DNA from: an uncultured Gemmatimonadaceae bacterium
Lineage (GTDB): Bacteria > Gemmatimonadota > Gemmatimonadetes > Gemmatimonadales > Gemmatimonadaceae
Length of the DNA stretch: 64,000 bases
Reading direction: 5' to 3'
Assembly: GCA_963817955.1 (NCBI GenBank)
Contig: CAWFQK010000009.1
Span: 32,001 to 96,000 of the forward strand
Part shown: one piece after another, positions 29,042-40,636 of the stretch
How the letters are laid out: every line of letters starts with the position of its first letter
Position numbering within the stretch: the stretch's first letter is position 1
Position numbers and translations under genes: made by a program
The notes under the pieces: generated by a model
Seen by the model: the letters and a program-made list of their open reading frames with translations, nothing else
Databases searched by the model: none
Told to the model about the DNA's origin: nothing

Positions 29042-30039
29042 TCACATCTTACTCGGCTGCCTGATCATGCGATCCGGCAACGCCGCGCCGCAAGTGCCGC
29101 AGAAGGTGAACTGCTTCGGGAATGCCCTTCGCACCGCACTTCGCGCACGTCCTTTGCCGTACGGCCCCCAGAGGAATTCGCTGCTGCCGCTCTCGCTGCG
29201 GCCGCCTGCGCGCGCAGTCCGCATGAAATCGATCTTCCGCTTCTCGACGAACGCCTGCATGCCCTCGTACGGCTCGAGCGTCGTGAAATGCGTCGAGAGC
29301 CAGTCGCGCGCGTGGCCGACGGTCGCGTGCCACGGCGCTTCCTTCCAGTAGTTCACCTGCTGCTTGGTGTAGCGCGTGCACTCGGGGAACTTCTCGAGCA
29401 GCTGCTTGACGAGCGCGCGCACTTCGTCATCGAGCTGCGCGCGCGGCACCACGCGGTTCACGAGCCCCACTCCAGCGCCGTTTGCCGCGGGGATGCGCGG
29501 GTTCAGGAACAGCATCTCGCGAGCGCGGCGGTCGCCGACAGTGATCGAGAGCCACTGCGTGGCGCCGCCGCACGCGACGCTGCCTACGCTCGTCCCGACC
29601 TGGCCGAGGTACGTGTCGTCGGCCATCACCGCGAGGTCGCAGGCGAGCTGCGTCTCGTTGCCGCCGCCGACGGCGATGCCGTTGATGCGCGCGATCGTCA
29701 CCTTGCCGCTTCGCAGGATGCTCTCGATGTACTTGGCGAAGAGCCCCATGTACTTGAAGTAGTCGTGCGGGCTCTGCGTGTAGACGTGCCTGCGTACTCC
29801 TTCACGTCGCCGCCGGTGCAGAACGCCTTTTCGCCGGCGCCCGTCAGCACGATGACGCCGACGCTGTCGTCGTTCGACGCGTCGTCGATCGCCGTGATGA
29901 GCTCCTGCAGCGTGACGTGGTGTAGCAGTTGAAGGACTCCGGCCGGTTGATCGTGATGCGGCCCACCCAGTCCTTCTTCTCGTACAGGATGTCCTTGAAG
30001 CCGAAGCCTGGCAGCCTCCTTCGAGGCGAAATAGTTCAT
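29042..30039 (-). CDS. oah: 6-oxocyclohex-1-ene-1-carbonyl-CoA hydrolase (frameshifted)
   Basis: [35 protein letters not shown]-terminal EFLWGPY..CAKCG..FCGTCG. Confidence 0.82.
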
Positions 30040-30074
30040 TTGGGTGTCGTAATCCTCTCTGTCGTCCCGATCGT

Positions 30075-31301
30075 TCAGCGCACGCTGACTTTCAACACCA
30101 CCGCGGCGGCGCTGTCGCCCGCGGCACAGCCAGTGAACAGTCCATAGCCGCCGCCTGCGATCGCGAGATCCTCGATGAGCTCGATGATCGACCGGAGCCC
30201 GGTCGGTGCCTGCGGGTGTCCCCACACGAGCGAACAGCCGTGGCGGTTCATCTTCTCGGGATCGAGCGACAGCTCGCGCGAGAGGTAGACGTCGTTCACG
30301 GCGAACGGGTTGTGCGACGTCGATGCTCGCGAGCTGGTCCGCGCCGATGCCCGGCGCGTTCCAGTGCCATGCGCGGCGGCCGGCACGACGGCCATCGGCA
30401 TGAAGCCCTTCTTCACACGCGCTTGTCCGTACGAGAGCAGCTGCACGTCGATCGTTCGCCATTGCGTCGCCATGCTGCGCGCGCGCGGTCGCGATCGCCA
30501 ATGAGCACCATTGCCGCGCTCCCGTCGGCGGGATGCGTCTGCGTGCCGAAGGTGACCGTTCCGCCCTCGAGCACTGGCCGGAGACCGGCCAGTCCTGCCG
30601 CAGTTCGTTGCATGCACGCCCTCGTCGCCCGTGACGGTGGCCATGCACCTGCTTACCGCGGCGTCCTTCACCTCGAGCGGACCACGGCATATAGCGCCGC
30701 AGGAAGGCGGCGTCGTCGGCCAGCGCGCGCGCGTACTGCGCATAGCGCAGGAGCGTGATCTCCTCCTGCGCCTCGCGCGATCGATGCCCACTTCGCGCGC
30801 CACGTTCTCGGCGGTCTGCATCATCGAGTTCTTGGCGTACGGATCGTGACCGAAGCTGTCGAGCACGAGGTTCTCAGAGTCTCCCGTGCCGCCGGGGCCG
30901 GCCGGGTTGGGATAGAACACGTGCGGACCGTTGCTCGTGCGGTCGGCCGTCGCGGCGAGATAAGACGCTCGCCCCTCCAGCGTGAAGTTCCTCGGCGCCC
31001 TCGACCAGACAGCGCACCGACGTGGCGCATGCCTGATTGACCGTCGGGCCGCTCGCGTGGCAGAGGCCGGCGAGACCGGCGAACCACGGGGCGCCGTAGA
31101 AGGAGTCCTTGCTGGCACCGTCATGCCGAGGCACATGCCATCGACATCGCTCGGCGCGATGCCGCGCTCAGCGAGCGCGCGTGCTGTCACCTCGGCCGCG
31201 AACGGAATGGGCTGGAGGGTGGCAAAGCTGCCTTGCCACGCACAGAAGGGTGACGACCAATAGGCGCCATAGGGAATCCAGACATCGTGGAATTGTGTCA
31301 T
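30075..31301 (-). CDS. Thiolase family protein (frameshifted)
   Basis: [46 protein letters not shown]. Confidence 0.88.
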   Translation of the reverse strand: MTQFHDVWIPYGAYWSSPFCAWQGSFATLQPIPFAAEVTARALAERGIAPSDVDGMCLGMTVPARTPSTAPRGSPVSPASATRAARRSIRHAPRRCAVWSRAPRNFTLEGRASYLAATADRTSNGPHVFYPNPAGPGGTGDSENLVLDSFGHDPYAKNSMMQTAENVAREVGIDRARRRRRSRSCAMRSTRARWPTTPPSCGAICRGPLEVKDAAVSRCMATVTGDEGVHATNCGRTGRSPASARGRNGHLRHADASRRRERGNGAHWRSRPRARSMATQWRTIDVQLLSYGQARVKKGFMPMAVVPAAAHGTGTRRASARTSSRASTSHNPFAVNDVYLSRELSLDPEKMNRHGCSLVWGHPQAPTGLRSIIELIEDLAIAGGGYGLFTGCAAGDSAAAVVLKVSVR

Positions 31302-31337
31302 ATGTTCTCCGTCGCGACTGGCCGCAGCCGTCGAGGT

Positions 31338-32049
31338 TCACTGCGCGGTAGGCGTGGTGTTTTTCGTGGTGTGCTGCTTTGCACCCGGGGCTTCGGCGGC
31401 GGCGGACGCCGTTCAGCACGAGGTCGCAGCATCTCATTCCCGATCTGCTCCACTGTCCCATGCCGCGATGGAGTCGTACCACATGAAAATCCAGTTGAGC
31501 ATGCCGAAGACGAACAGCGCGCGTGGCGGCTCTTCCGCGACTCCTGCCGTTCGCGTGGCCGCTTCGCCCATCAACGTCGGCCCGAGCACGCGCGTCATCA
31601 ACCGGTAGTAGCGCCGGCGAATCGCCTCGACGGTCGCGTAGGGCTTGCTCGTGAGCGACTCGAGCTCGAACGTGCACGACCTTCAGCTCGTTCGGGTGCT
31701 TCGCGAATAGAACTGCCAGGTGTCCCGTGACCAACCGCGCGAGCCGCTCCTCCGGCGTACCCGGCTTGTGCGGCGACCTCCTGCTGCGCGGCGAGCAGCG
31801 ACTCGAAGGTGCGATACTGGAACTGGAAGAGCAGGTCTTCCTTGCTCGCGAAGTAGTGATAGATGCCGGCGAGGCTCGACGTCGATCGCCTTGCTCAGGT
31901 CGCGCATCGACGTGGCCTCGAATCCCTTTTCGGCGATGAGAGCGCGGCCGCCGTCAGCAGCGCGTCGAGCTTCTGCTGGGTGGCCGGACGCGGGCCGCGC
32001 CGCTCACGGCGGTGGCCCGTGATCGGATCGGCGTCGGTCGCGCGGTCAT
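31338..32049 (-). CDS. TetR/AcrR regulator (frameshifted)
   Basis: GFEATSMRDLSKA...AGIYHYFASKEDLLF...LFGMLNWIFMWY across frames. Confidence 0.8.
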
Positions 32050-32062
32050 GCAGCGGTCACGG

Positions 32063-34466
32063 TCATTCAGCGGTCGCCCGGGGAACAGCGGGGAACTCGT
32101 GCGGCAACGGGCCGGACAGGCTTGGTACCGTGCCGCGCCGGCTCGCGAGGCCGCGGAGAATCTTCTCCGGCGTGATCGGCAGTTCGGTCACGCGCACGCC
32201 GCACGCGTCGTAGATCGCGTTGGCGATCGCGCCCAGCACGGGCAGCAGCGAGCCCTCGCCGATCTCCTTCGCGCCGAACGGACCGCGCGGCTCGAAGCTC
32301 TCGACGGCGGCGGTGTGGATCTCCGGCGACGTCGCAGATCGTCGGAATGAGGTAGTCGTGCAGGTTCGCGATTCGAGAGCCGTCCGCCGGCGCCGACGAT
32401 CGTGTCCTCGAGCAGCGTTTCTCCCAGTCCCATGATGATCGCGCCCTCCACCTGGCCGTGGAAGCGTCACCGGATTGATCACCGTGCCTGCGTCGCTGTA
32501 ATCCGTGAAGCGGTCGACCGTGACGTAGCCGGTCTCGAGGTCGACGGTCACTTCGGCGATGGCGGTCGAGAAGCTGTACGCGGGCGAGGTGCCGACGGTG
32601 CCTCCCTTGAACTCGCCGCCGAGGTGCTTGCGGCGGCGTGTACGACCCCGTGCCGACCACCGGGCCGCCTTCCGAGAACGCGAGCCGCGCCGCGGTCGGC
32701 CCAGTCCATCCCCACCGACGGATGCTCGCGGACGAAGATGCGCCCATCGCGCGCCGCGAGGTGCCGCCGCGGTCGCAGCCGAGCTCGCGCGCCGCCACCT
32801 CGCGCAGCTGCGCCGTGACGTCGCGCCGCCATCTTCACGGCGTTGCCCGCCCATCAGCGTGACGCGGCTCGAGTACGAGCCGAGGTCGAGCGGGCTGACC
32901 GTGGTGTCGCAGTCGGCCATCCACACCCATTCGTACGGCACGCCGAGCTCCTCGGCGGCCATCTGCACGAGCACCGTGTCGGAGCCCTGGCCGATCTCGG
33001 CCGCCGCGATGTGCAGCGTAACGCCGGTGCCGTCCTCGTGCACGCGGATCATCGCGTTCGAGTGCGGGAATGTCCGAGCGGTAGATCGGGTAGCCCGCGC
33101 CCGACACGAATCCGCCGCACCCTACGCCGATCCCCTTGCCCGCCGGCAGCTGTCCCTTCTTCTCGGCCCAGCCGAGTCGCCTCGCGCGCCCGATCGAGCG
33201 TCTGCGATGAACTCGCACGACGAAATGTCGAGCGCGTTGCCGGTGCGCGTGTTCGGCTCCATCGCGTTCCGAAGCCGGATCTCGAACGGGATCGAGCCCG
33301 AGCTCCTCGGCCATCATGTCGAGCAGCGACTCGAACGCGAAGCGCGGCTGCGGCACGCCGTGGCCGCGGAACGCGCCGGAGGCGGGCAGGTTGGTGTAGA
33401 CGCGCGTGCCGTCGTACTTGTAGTTCGGAATCTTGTAGAGCGTCGGCAGCATCGAACCGGCGTAGTACGCGGTGATCACGCCGTACGACGTGTACGCTCC
33501 GCCGTCGAGCACCACGCGGTGCTCCACCGCGGTGATCGTGCCATCCTTCTTCACGCCGATCTTGAGATCGATGTACTGCTTGTGGCGGCCGCGGAAATGC
33601 CGGTACATCTCCTCGCGCGAGTACTCCATGCGCCACGGGACGGCCGGTGAGCCTGCGCGAGGATGGCCGCGCAGAAATCGAGCGGCGTGGCCTCGGCCTT
33701 GGCGCCGAACCCGCCGCCGACCGCCGGTCGGATCACGCGGATGTTGCCCATCGGGATGCCGAGCATACGCGACAGCGAGCGATGCAGGTAGTGTGGCGTC
33801 TGCGTGGACGACCAGAGCGTGAGACGCTCGCCGTGGTGCTCCCAGCGCGCGAGCGCCGCGTGCGGTTCCATCGGCGACTGGTACGTGCGGTTGCCGACGA
33901 AGCGCTGCTCGCGCACGAGGTCCGCCTCGGCGAATCCCGGCCTCGACGTCGCCGAAGTGCCAGTCCACGCGCGTGTTGATGTTGCCGGCATAGCGCGGCT
34001 TCTCGGGATGGATCACCGGCGCGCCTGGCGCCATCGCCGCCTCCGGGTCGAACACCGCGGGCAGTTCCTCGAACTCGACCTCGATGAGCGTCAGCGCGCG
34101 CTCGGCGGTCTCCTCGTCGATCGCGGCGACGGCGGCGATCTCGTCGCCCACGTAGCGCACGCGCTCCTTGGCGAGGATCTGCTCGTCCTCGCGCGCCGGA
34201 CTCACGCCGTACCACGCGTCCGGGCACGTCCGCCCCGGTGATCACCGCGAGCACGCCGGGCAGCGCGCGCGCCTTGCGACACATCGATGCGCCGTGATGA
34301 ATGCCGTGCGCGACCGGGCTGCCCGAGGATCTTGCCGACGAGCGTGTCTGGGAGCCGGATGTCAGCCGTGTACTTGGCGCGCCCCGTGACTTTGTCCGGC
34401 GCGTCGTACCGGGTTACCCGTGACCGACGACGCGTGATCGCGCTACTTGGTCGCGCTCTCCGTCAT
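32063..34466 (-). CDS. hcrA: 4-hydroxybenzoyl-CoA reductase alpha-like molybdopterin subunit (frameshifted)
   Basis: DKVTGRAKYTAD, GGGFGAKAE, AFRGHG, AEIGQGSDT, DLGSYSSRVT, GPFGAKEIGEG. Confidence 0.75.
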
Positions 34467-34965
34467 GCGCGTGCGGTGCGCGTCGAGCGGCGTCCGCTCG
34501 AAGTCCGAGCAACGTGCGACCGCCTTCAGCATCCGCGGATACGTGGCGCACCGGCAGAGGTTGCCGCGAGCGCGTCTGTGATTTCGTCGCGCGACGGATG
34601 CGGATTGTGGTCGATGAGCGCCTTGGAGGACATCAGCGCGCCGCTCGTGCAGTAGCCGCACTGCAGCGCCCCATGCTTGACGAACGACTTCTGCAGCGGA
34701 TGCAGTTCGCTGCCCTGCGACAGACCCTCGATCGTCGTGACTTCCGTTGCCCTCCGCCTCCGCGGCGAGCGTGAGACATGCCGCCGTCGCCTCGCCGTCG
34801 ATCTGCACCGTGCATGCGCCGCAGTCGCCGGTTCCACAGCCGCTTTTGGTGCCGGTGAGATCCAAGTTCGTCGCGCAGCGCGGCGAGCAGGGTCGTGTTG
34901 GGCTTCACCGCCAATGTGGCCGGCTGTCCGTTGACGGTCAGGTGAACGAGCCGCTCGCCGCTCAT
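34463..34965 (-). CDS. hcrC: 2x[2Fe-2S] subunit (HcrC/CoxS-like, frameshifted)
   Basis: TGTKSGCGTGDCGACTV, QCGYCTSG, GNLCRCATY. Confidence 0.8.
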
Positions 34966-35841
34966 GTGTGCCTCGTGTTGGCCGTGGCGCGTTTGGACGC
35001 GGATTCGAGCGCGCGGAACGCCAGCACCGCGATGATTTCACGCCGAAAGTCGGCTGATCCGCGGACGTCGCTGATCGGTCGCGCAGCGGCAACGCACGCC
35101 TGCGCCGCGCGTGAGAACAGCGCCTTGGAAGGTTGCTCGCCGCACGAGTATCGATGCGACTTCCGGCACCAGCATGGCGGTAGGTGCGACCGCGCCGAGT
35201 GCGACACGTGCGCCCACGATGCGGGGGCCGTCGAAGTCGAGACGAGCCGCGACGGACGCGACGGCAAGCGACATCCCGCGGCGCAGTCCGAACCGCTCGA
35301 AGCTCGTGCCGCTATTTGGCGGAGCCGACGGGAATCTCAGCTCCACGAGCAGCTCGCCGGGGGCGAGCACGGTGCGGCGCGCATCCACGAAGAACGCTCC
35401 GGCTGGAACCTGCCGCGTGCCATTCGCCGACGCGATGTGCAGCGTTGCGTCGCCGATCAATGCCGCGGGTGGCAGATCGGCGCACGACACGGCGCGACAG
35501 AAGTTGCCGCCCACCGTTGCTCGGCTGCGGACTTGCGGGCTGCCGATCGAGCGCGCGGCTTGGGCAAGTGCCGGAAGCCAACCCTCGACGAGCGGCGACC
35601 GCGCCAGCTCGGCCACGGTCGTGAGACTGCCAATCCGCAGCGCGTCATTCTCCACACTGATGCCGCGCAATGCCGCAATGTCGCGCAGAGCGATGAGGTC
35701 GACGGCCTGTTCCCGCCCACGCTGATAGTCGGGAATCAGCTCGGTGCCACCGGCGAGGAACACGGCGCTGCCGCCGAGCTGCTGTGCGAGTACGCAGGCG
35801 TCGCTCACGGTCGCCGGCCGATGGTACCGGAAATCGAGCAT
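34962..35841 (-). CDS. FAD-binding subunit (CoxM/HcrB-like, no [4Fe-4S] insert; frameshifted near 3' end)
   Basis: LAGGTEL, IGSPQVRSRATVGGN, ALGAVAPT, PISDVRGSADFR. Confidence 0.85.
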
Positions 35842-35843
35842 CG

Positions 35844-36718
35844 TTAGGCCGGCACCGCGGTAGCAGCCGCCCGCCACGAGGGCGTCGTTTGTCCGAGCTT
35901 CTTGTAGCGGAAGCCGCCCCATATCGCGGCGCCGATCGCGCCCGCGAAGATAGCATCGGGATGCGTGATGACCTCACGGGACATGCCATCGCGATCGGCC
36001 TTTCTCGCCAGCGCATCGTGCAATGCGCCGAGCATGCCGACATCCGACGCCAGGCCTCCGCTCACGAACACCGCGCCGTCGAACTCGCAGCGATCGCAGG
36101 AGACGCACGAACCGTTCGGCCATGCTCTCATGCACGCCGCGCAGGATGTCGGCTGTGGTGATCCCGCGCGACACCATGTTGATCACGTCGGTCTCCGCGA
36201 GCACGGCACAGATCGAGCTCACCTTTTCCGGCTTCGTTGCCTCGAGCGACAGGGCTGCCGATCTCGTCGTGCGACACACCGAGGTAGCGGGCGATGTTCT
36301 CCAGGAACTGCCCCGATCCCGACGCGCACTGGCTCGTCATCTTGTAGTCCGAGCACGCGGCCGTGCTCGTCCATGGCGACGCGCCCGCGTGTGGAGCGCG
36401 CCGACGTCGAGCACCGCGCTGATGCCGGGCGCCAGGTACAGCGCACCGCGAGCGTGGGTCGTCATGCCGTAGAAATGTCCCGTTGCGAAGGGGACATCCG
36501 CGCCCTCGCCCGTGGTCGCCACGTAGTGGATGGCGTCCACGCCAGCCGGCGTCCACCGCCTGCCTCGAATACTTCATCCACCACCTTCGATGATCTCGCG
36601 GCGACGGAGCGCGGACCGACACATGGGCGAGCACGTATGTTCGTCCGTGCCGCCGGTGCGCATGACGGTCACTTTCACGGCCCCACTGCCGACGTCGATT
36701 CCCGCGGTCACGTGACAT
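35844..36718 (-). CDS. bcrD: Benzoyl-CoA reductase subunit D (frameshifted)
   Basis: GIDVGSGAVK, ATTGEG, HFYGMTTHARGA, YKMTSQCASGSGQFLENIARYLG, VSSICAVLAETDVINMVSRG. Confidence 0.9.
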
Positions 36719-37996
36719 CAGGCCGCCATCCTCTTGGCGAAGAGAGCCGCGCCCAGGGCGCCGGTGTAGATGCTGTCGGGCGAAATATTGAGCTTGCGTC
36801 GCCGTAGTTCTCTTCCACCAGCTCACGGATGGCGCGCACGGCGGCGGGATTCTTGGCCACGCCGCCAGTAAACGTGAATTCGATCCGATCACGCCGCCCG
36901 ATCGTGCCAGCAGGCTCATAGCCCGCAGCACGATGGCGCGGTGCAATCCAGCGAGAATGTCCTCGCGCTTCTCGCCCAGCGATAGCCATTCGCGCAGTTC
37001 GGCGCCCGCGAACACGGTGCACGTGGAGTTGATCTTCACGCGCGCTTCGACTGTTCGGCAAGCGGGCCAAGCTCGTGGAGGCCGAGGTTCATCTCGTCGG
37101 CAATGTATCCGAGGTAGCGACCACAGCCCGGCGGCACAGCGGTCATTCATCTGGAAGCCCGTGACGATTCCGTCGGCATCTACCTGGATGGCCTTGGTGT
37201 CCTGGCCGCCGATATCGAGCACGGTCCGTGTATCCGGGAAGATCGCATGCGCTCCCAGCCCGTGACACAGGATCTCCGAGCGAATCTGCTCCTTGGGGAA
37301 GGGAAGGCGCGCGCGTCCATACCCCGTGCCAACCGTTGCGGCAGGTGTGAGGTCGGTCGTCACGGCGTATTCCACTGCGTCCGCGAGGGTGGCCGGTTTG
37401 CCGACACGTTCGAGTGCGTCCCCGATATGATCGCGGAAATCGAGGTCCAGTCGGCTCGTTCTCCGACGCGGATGATGCACTTGTCATACACGCCGAGGAG
37501 CCGGTCGTAGGTCACACCGCTGCGCGCCCGGCCGATCTGCTCCGCAATGCGCATGTACGCCGAGCCCGCCGCGTCGCGGAAGAAATCGGAACGCGCCACC
37601 GGTGGCTGCTTGAACCGGATCTCTTCTTCGTTGGCGATCGCTGCGCAGATTTCTTGAATTGCACCTCTGAGCGCCGACTGCGGCCCAGCGGGCATGGAGT
37701 GTTCGATTTCCTCGGCCAGGAGCTGCTCCAGACGACGAAGCTGGTGCAGGAACTGCTCCATCACGAATGCGCGGCGCAGGCTGTTCGACCGCCTGGCCGC
37801 CGTCTCGCCGGCCGCGACGCTGTTGAATGAGTCCGAACCGTGCGTTGATGAACGCTTCCGTCCGGGCGACCGCCGCCGCGAGATCGTAGTTCGATCGGGA
37901 GTTCGTGATGCCACGGCCGAGCATGAGGCCGTCTTCCCCGAGGATGACCGCCTTGGTGGTCGTCGAGCCCAGGTCGATGCCGATGACGCAGCTCAT
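36718..37996 (-). CDS. bcrA: Benzoyl-CoA reductase subunit A (frameshifted)
   Basis: [67 protein letters not shown]. Confidence 0.9.
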
Positions 37997-39316
37997 GCGG
38001 TCACCACGGCGTCTTCATGCGGTGCTTGGACGGTCTGTCCGGCGCCGCGGCGCCGATTTCGATCATCTGGAAATAGCTCTCCAGTCGGTTCTTGATGTTC
38101 GCGTTCGAGAAGTAGCGCGGGATCGACGAGGTCGCTCTCGATGAACGCCCCCGGGATGCCGGTCCGCTTCTCGACCTCGCGCAGGATCATCAGCTGGCCC
38201 GCCGAGAACGAGTTGCACGACTTCACCGAATTGATGAGGAATCCGTCGGCCTCGTACTCGCGGATGTATCGCGAGATCATCTCGATCCGCGCCGGCAAGT
38301 TCAGATTGGTGTAGCACCCGCTGCAGTAGTCAGCGAGCGTGCCGAGCGGATCGGACGGATCATGGCGGAAGCCGAAGTCGTACGTGCCGCCCACCTTCGT
38401 GTAGGTGGACGCGACGACCACCGCCTTCTCGTCGGCGAACATCTTCCAGAAATCGCGGAAGTGCGTCCAATTGGGCGGGCCTTCCACCACGATGCGGTAC
38501 CGTTCGTCGTCGAGCGGGCCGTCGGGCACAATGGGTCCCAGCCCTGCCGCCATCCGCGCCTCGACCTCCTCGCGCAGGGCGCGATAGTACTCCACGCCTT
38601 CCTCGGTGCCACGGAACGCGCTGAAGATCGGGCCGACGTAATACACCGTACCGAAATAGCCATCGATGGGGCTCGGCTTGTGCTTTGCCGACTGCAGCAC
38701 GGCGACTCAGATCGTCTTCGGCGCGCGCGGCTGAGCATCAGGTTGTGACGCAGCTTTTCCTCGTCGTACGCGCGGCCGGTCACCTTCTCCAACGCGGGAA
38801 TCACCTCTTCGCGGAGCTGCCGGATCATGTACTCGCGGTGCTCCGGTTCCAGCTTGCCGTCGCCCTGATACGGGCACGTGGAAGAAGACCGTCGGGCAGT
38901 CGTATTCCTCCCGCAGCAGCTCGAACCACTTCATGAACGTGTAGCAGCCGGTGTACGAGAGCAGCAGGAGATCGGGCTTTGGCAGCTTGGTTCCCGCGGG
39001 CGAGATGTTGCCCGATCGCGCCATGCCGATATCACACTTGACGTACGCGCAGACGTCCTCGGAATGCCCCTCACGCTCGGCTTCGACGATGTAGTCGCCG
39101 GAGAGCTTGCGCATGCCCGATTGCAGTGCATTGATCTCCGGCAGCACCGGTAATGCACCAAACGAGCGAATCAGCTCGGTCAGATTGCCCGGCACGAACG
39201 TGTAGACCACGGGTTCGTCGATTCTCCGGCGCCTTTTCCAGCCGCTCGAAGTGGCGGGCGATCATCTCCTTTTGCAGGACCATCGAGCGGTCCTTGAGAA
39301 CCTCTTTCGGGGCCAT
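37993..39316 (-). CDS. bcrB: Benzoyl-CoA reductase subunit B (frameshifted)
   Basis: [71 protein letters not shown]. Confidence 0.9.
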
Positions 39317-40483
39317 CAGACGGTCCCCGGTCCAGAGCTTGAGCGAATCGGCGAAGGTGCCGGCCTGCTCGCGAAATTGTTGAAACTGGCCGCTGTTCTC
39401 CGAGTACTTGAATGCGATACAGGGAAGCCCGGCCGCCTCTGCGCCATTGCGCAGCATGGGTTGGTCGAGCAACGCCGGATCACAGAAGCTGGGTGCCGCG
39501 AAGATCACGCCTTCGGCGTTGGCGGCCTGGACGCAGTGCTGCATCAGCCGGCGCTTGCCTTGCGGGTCGCGCTCATAGACGACCGACGTGCGCGTCTCTG
39601 TATTCACGAAGGCTTCGGCTAACGCGCGGAGTGGGTCGCCCTCCAGTGGCACTTCCCCGGTGAGGAAGCGCGTGCCGAGCACGAAATCGTCGTCGACAAC
39701 GTAGCAGCCCGCTCGTTCGATCGACTTGATGAGGCCGAGCGGCGGTTGCTCGCAGAAGGCGCCACTGATGACGACACGGCTGTTATCGCGCGGACGCCGG
39801 CGGTCTGTCTCGACGGCCGCCAAGTACCGTCGCGCCTGAGCGATGAACTCCTCGACGGGTACGACCTCGCCGGCGCGCAAGAGCAGGTAGAGCTCTTCCG
39901 TCGGCAGGTCCCACGGCCGCTCGCGCCGCGTGGCGTACAAGGCGCGGATGACGGTTCGCATCTCATTGTAGAGCGCGATGGAACGGCGCAGATCGTCGTC
40001 GCTCGGCACATGGCCCGAAACGGCGCCCAGATCGTTCACCAGGTGCCGCAACTCGGTGTCGTAGAAATCGACGGCGACGCCGGGCTGCGAGCCCTGCGGC
40101 ACGTCGATATACCGAACGTAAACGTCTGGGTACAACAGCTTCCACATTCCGGACAGGTTCCGGATGACGTCACACGTGGAGGGGAAGAGTACTGCCGAGA
40201 GCATCGACAACCGGCCGGATTGCGCGAGCTCGATGACCGAGCGAGGCAGGTGGCAGATGTACGATTGATAGAACGCGTCGCCGCGGATGATCTCGAGGCG
40301 GTCGCCACCGCCGTGAATGCCGACGGGCAGCATACCGCAGGCGTGGATGATCTCGCGTGGCACGTACACGGGGAGGTAGCCGCCCGCCTTCGCGCCCGGG
40401 TGATCGGCGAGCCAGCGATGAACGGCAGTGAACTCAAGATCCTCGTACCGCTCTCGCGCCCAGTCTACAACGGCAGTTCGCAA
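39316..40483 (-). CDS. bcrC: Benzoyl-CoA reductase subunit C
   Basis: PVYVPREIIHA, GDAFYQSYIC, FPSTCDVIRNLSGMW, GAFCEQPP, PSFCDPALLD, EQAGTFADSLKLW. TTG start with GGAGG; as assembled it reads through into bcrB. Confidence 0.92.
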
Positions 40484-40504
40484 GCGACCTCCGGAACATG
40501 TCTC

Positions 40505-40560
40505 TATTTCGAACGAACGTTCGATCGTATATAATGCAACTGCCGCGACTGCTGTCAAGA
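40505..40560. promoter_or_regulatory. Divergent promoters with palindromic operator
   Basis: TTGACA on the minus strand (40553-40558), TATAAT on the plus strand (40530-40535), near-palindrome TCGAACGAACGTTCGA at 40509-40524. Confidence 0.65.
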
Positions 40561-40636
40561 GTTCGCCGGCGGCCGGCGTCGTCCGGCCGCGCGCCGTGGG
40601 CACAGAAACGTCCGTCATGAACCGGAGGAGCGCGAC

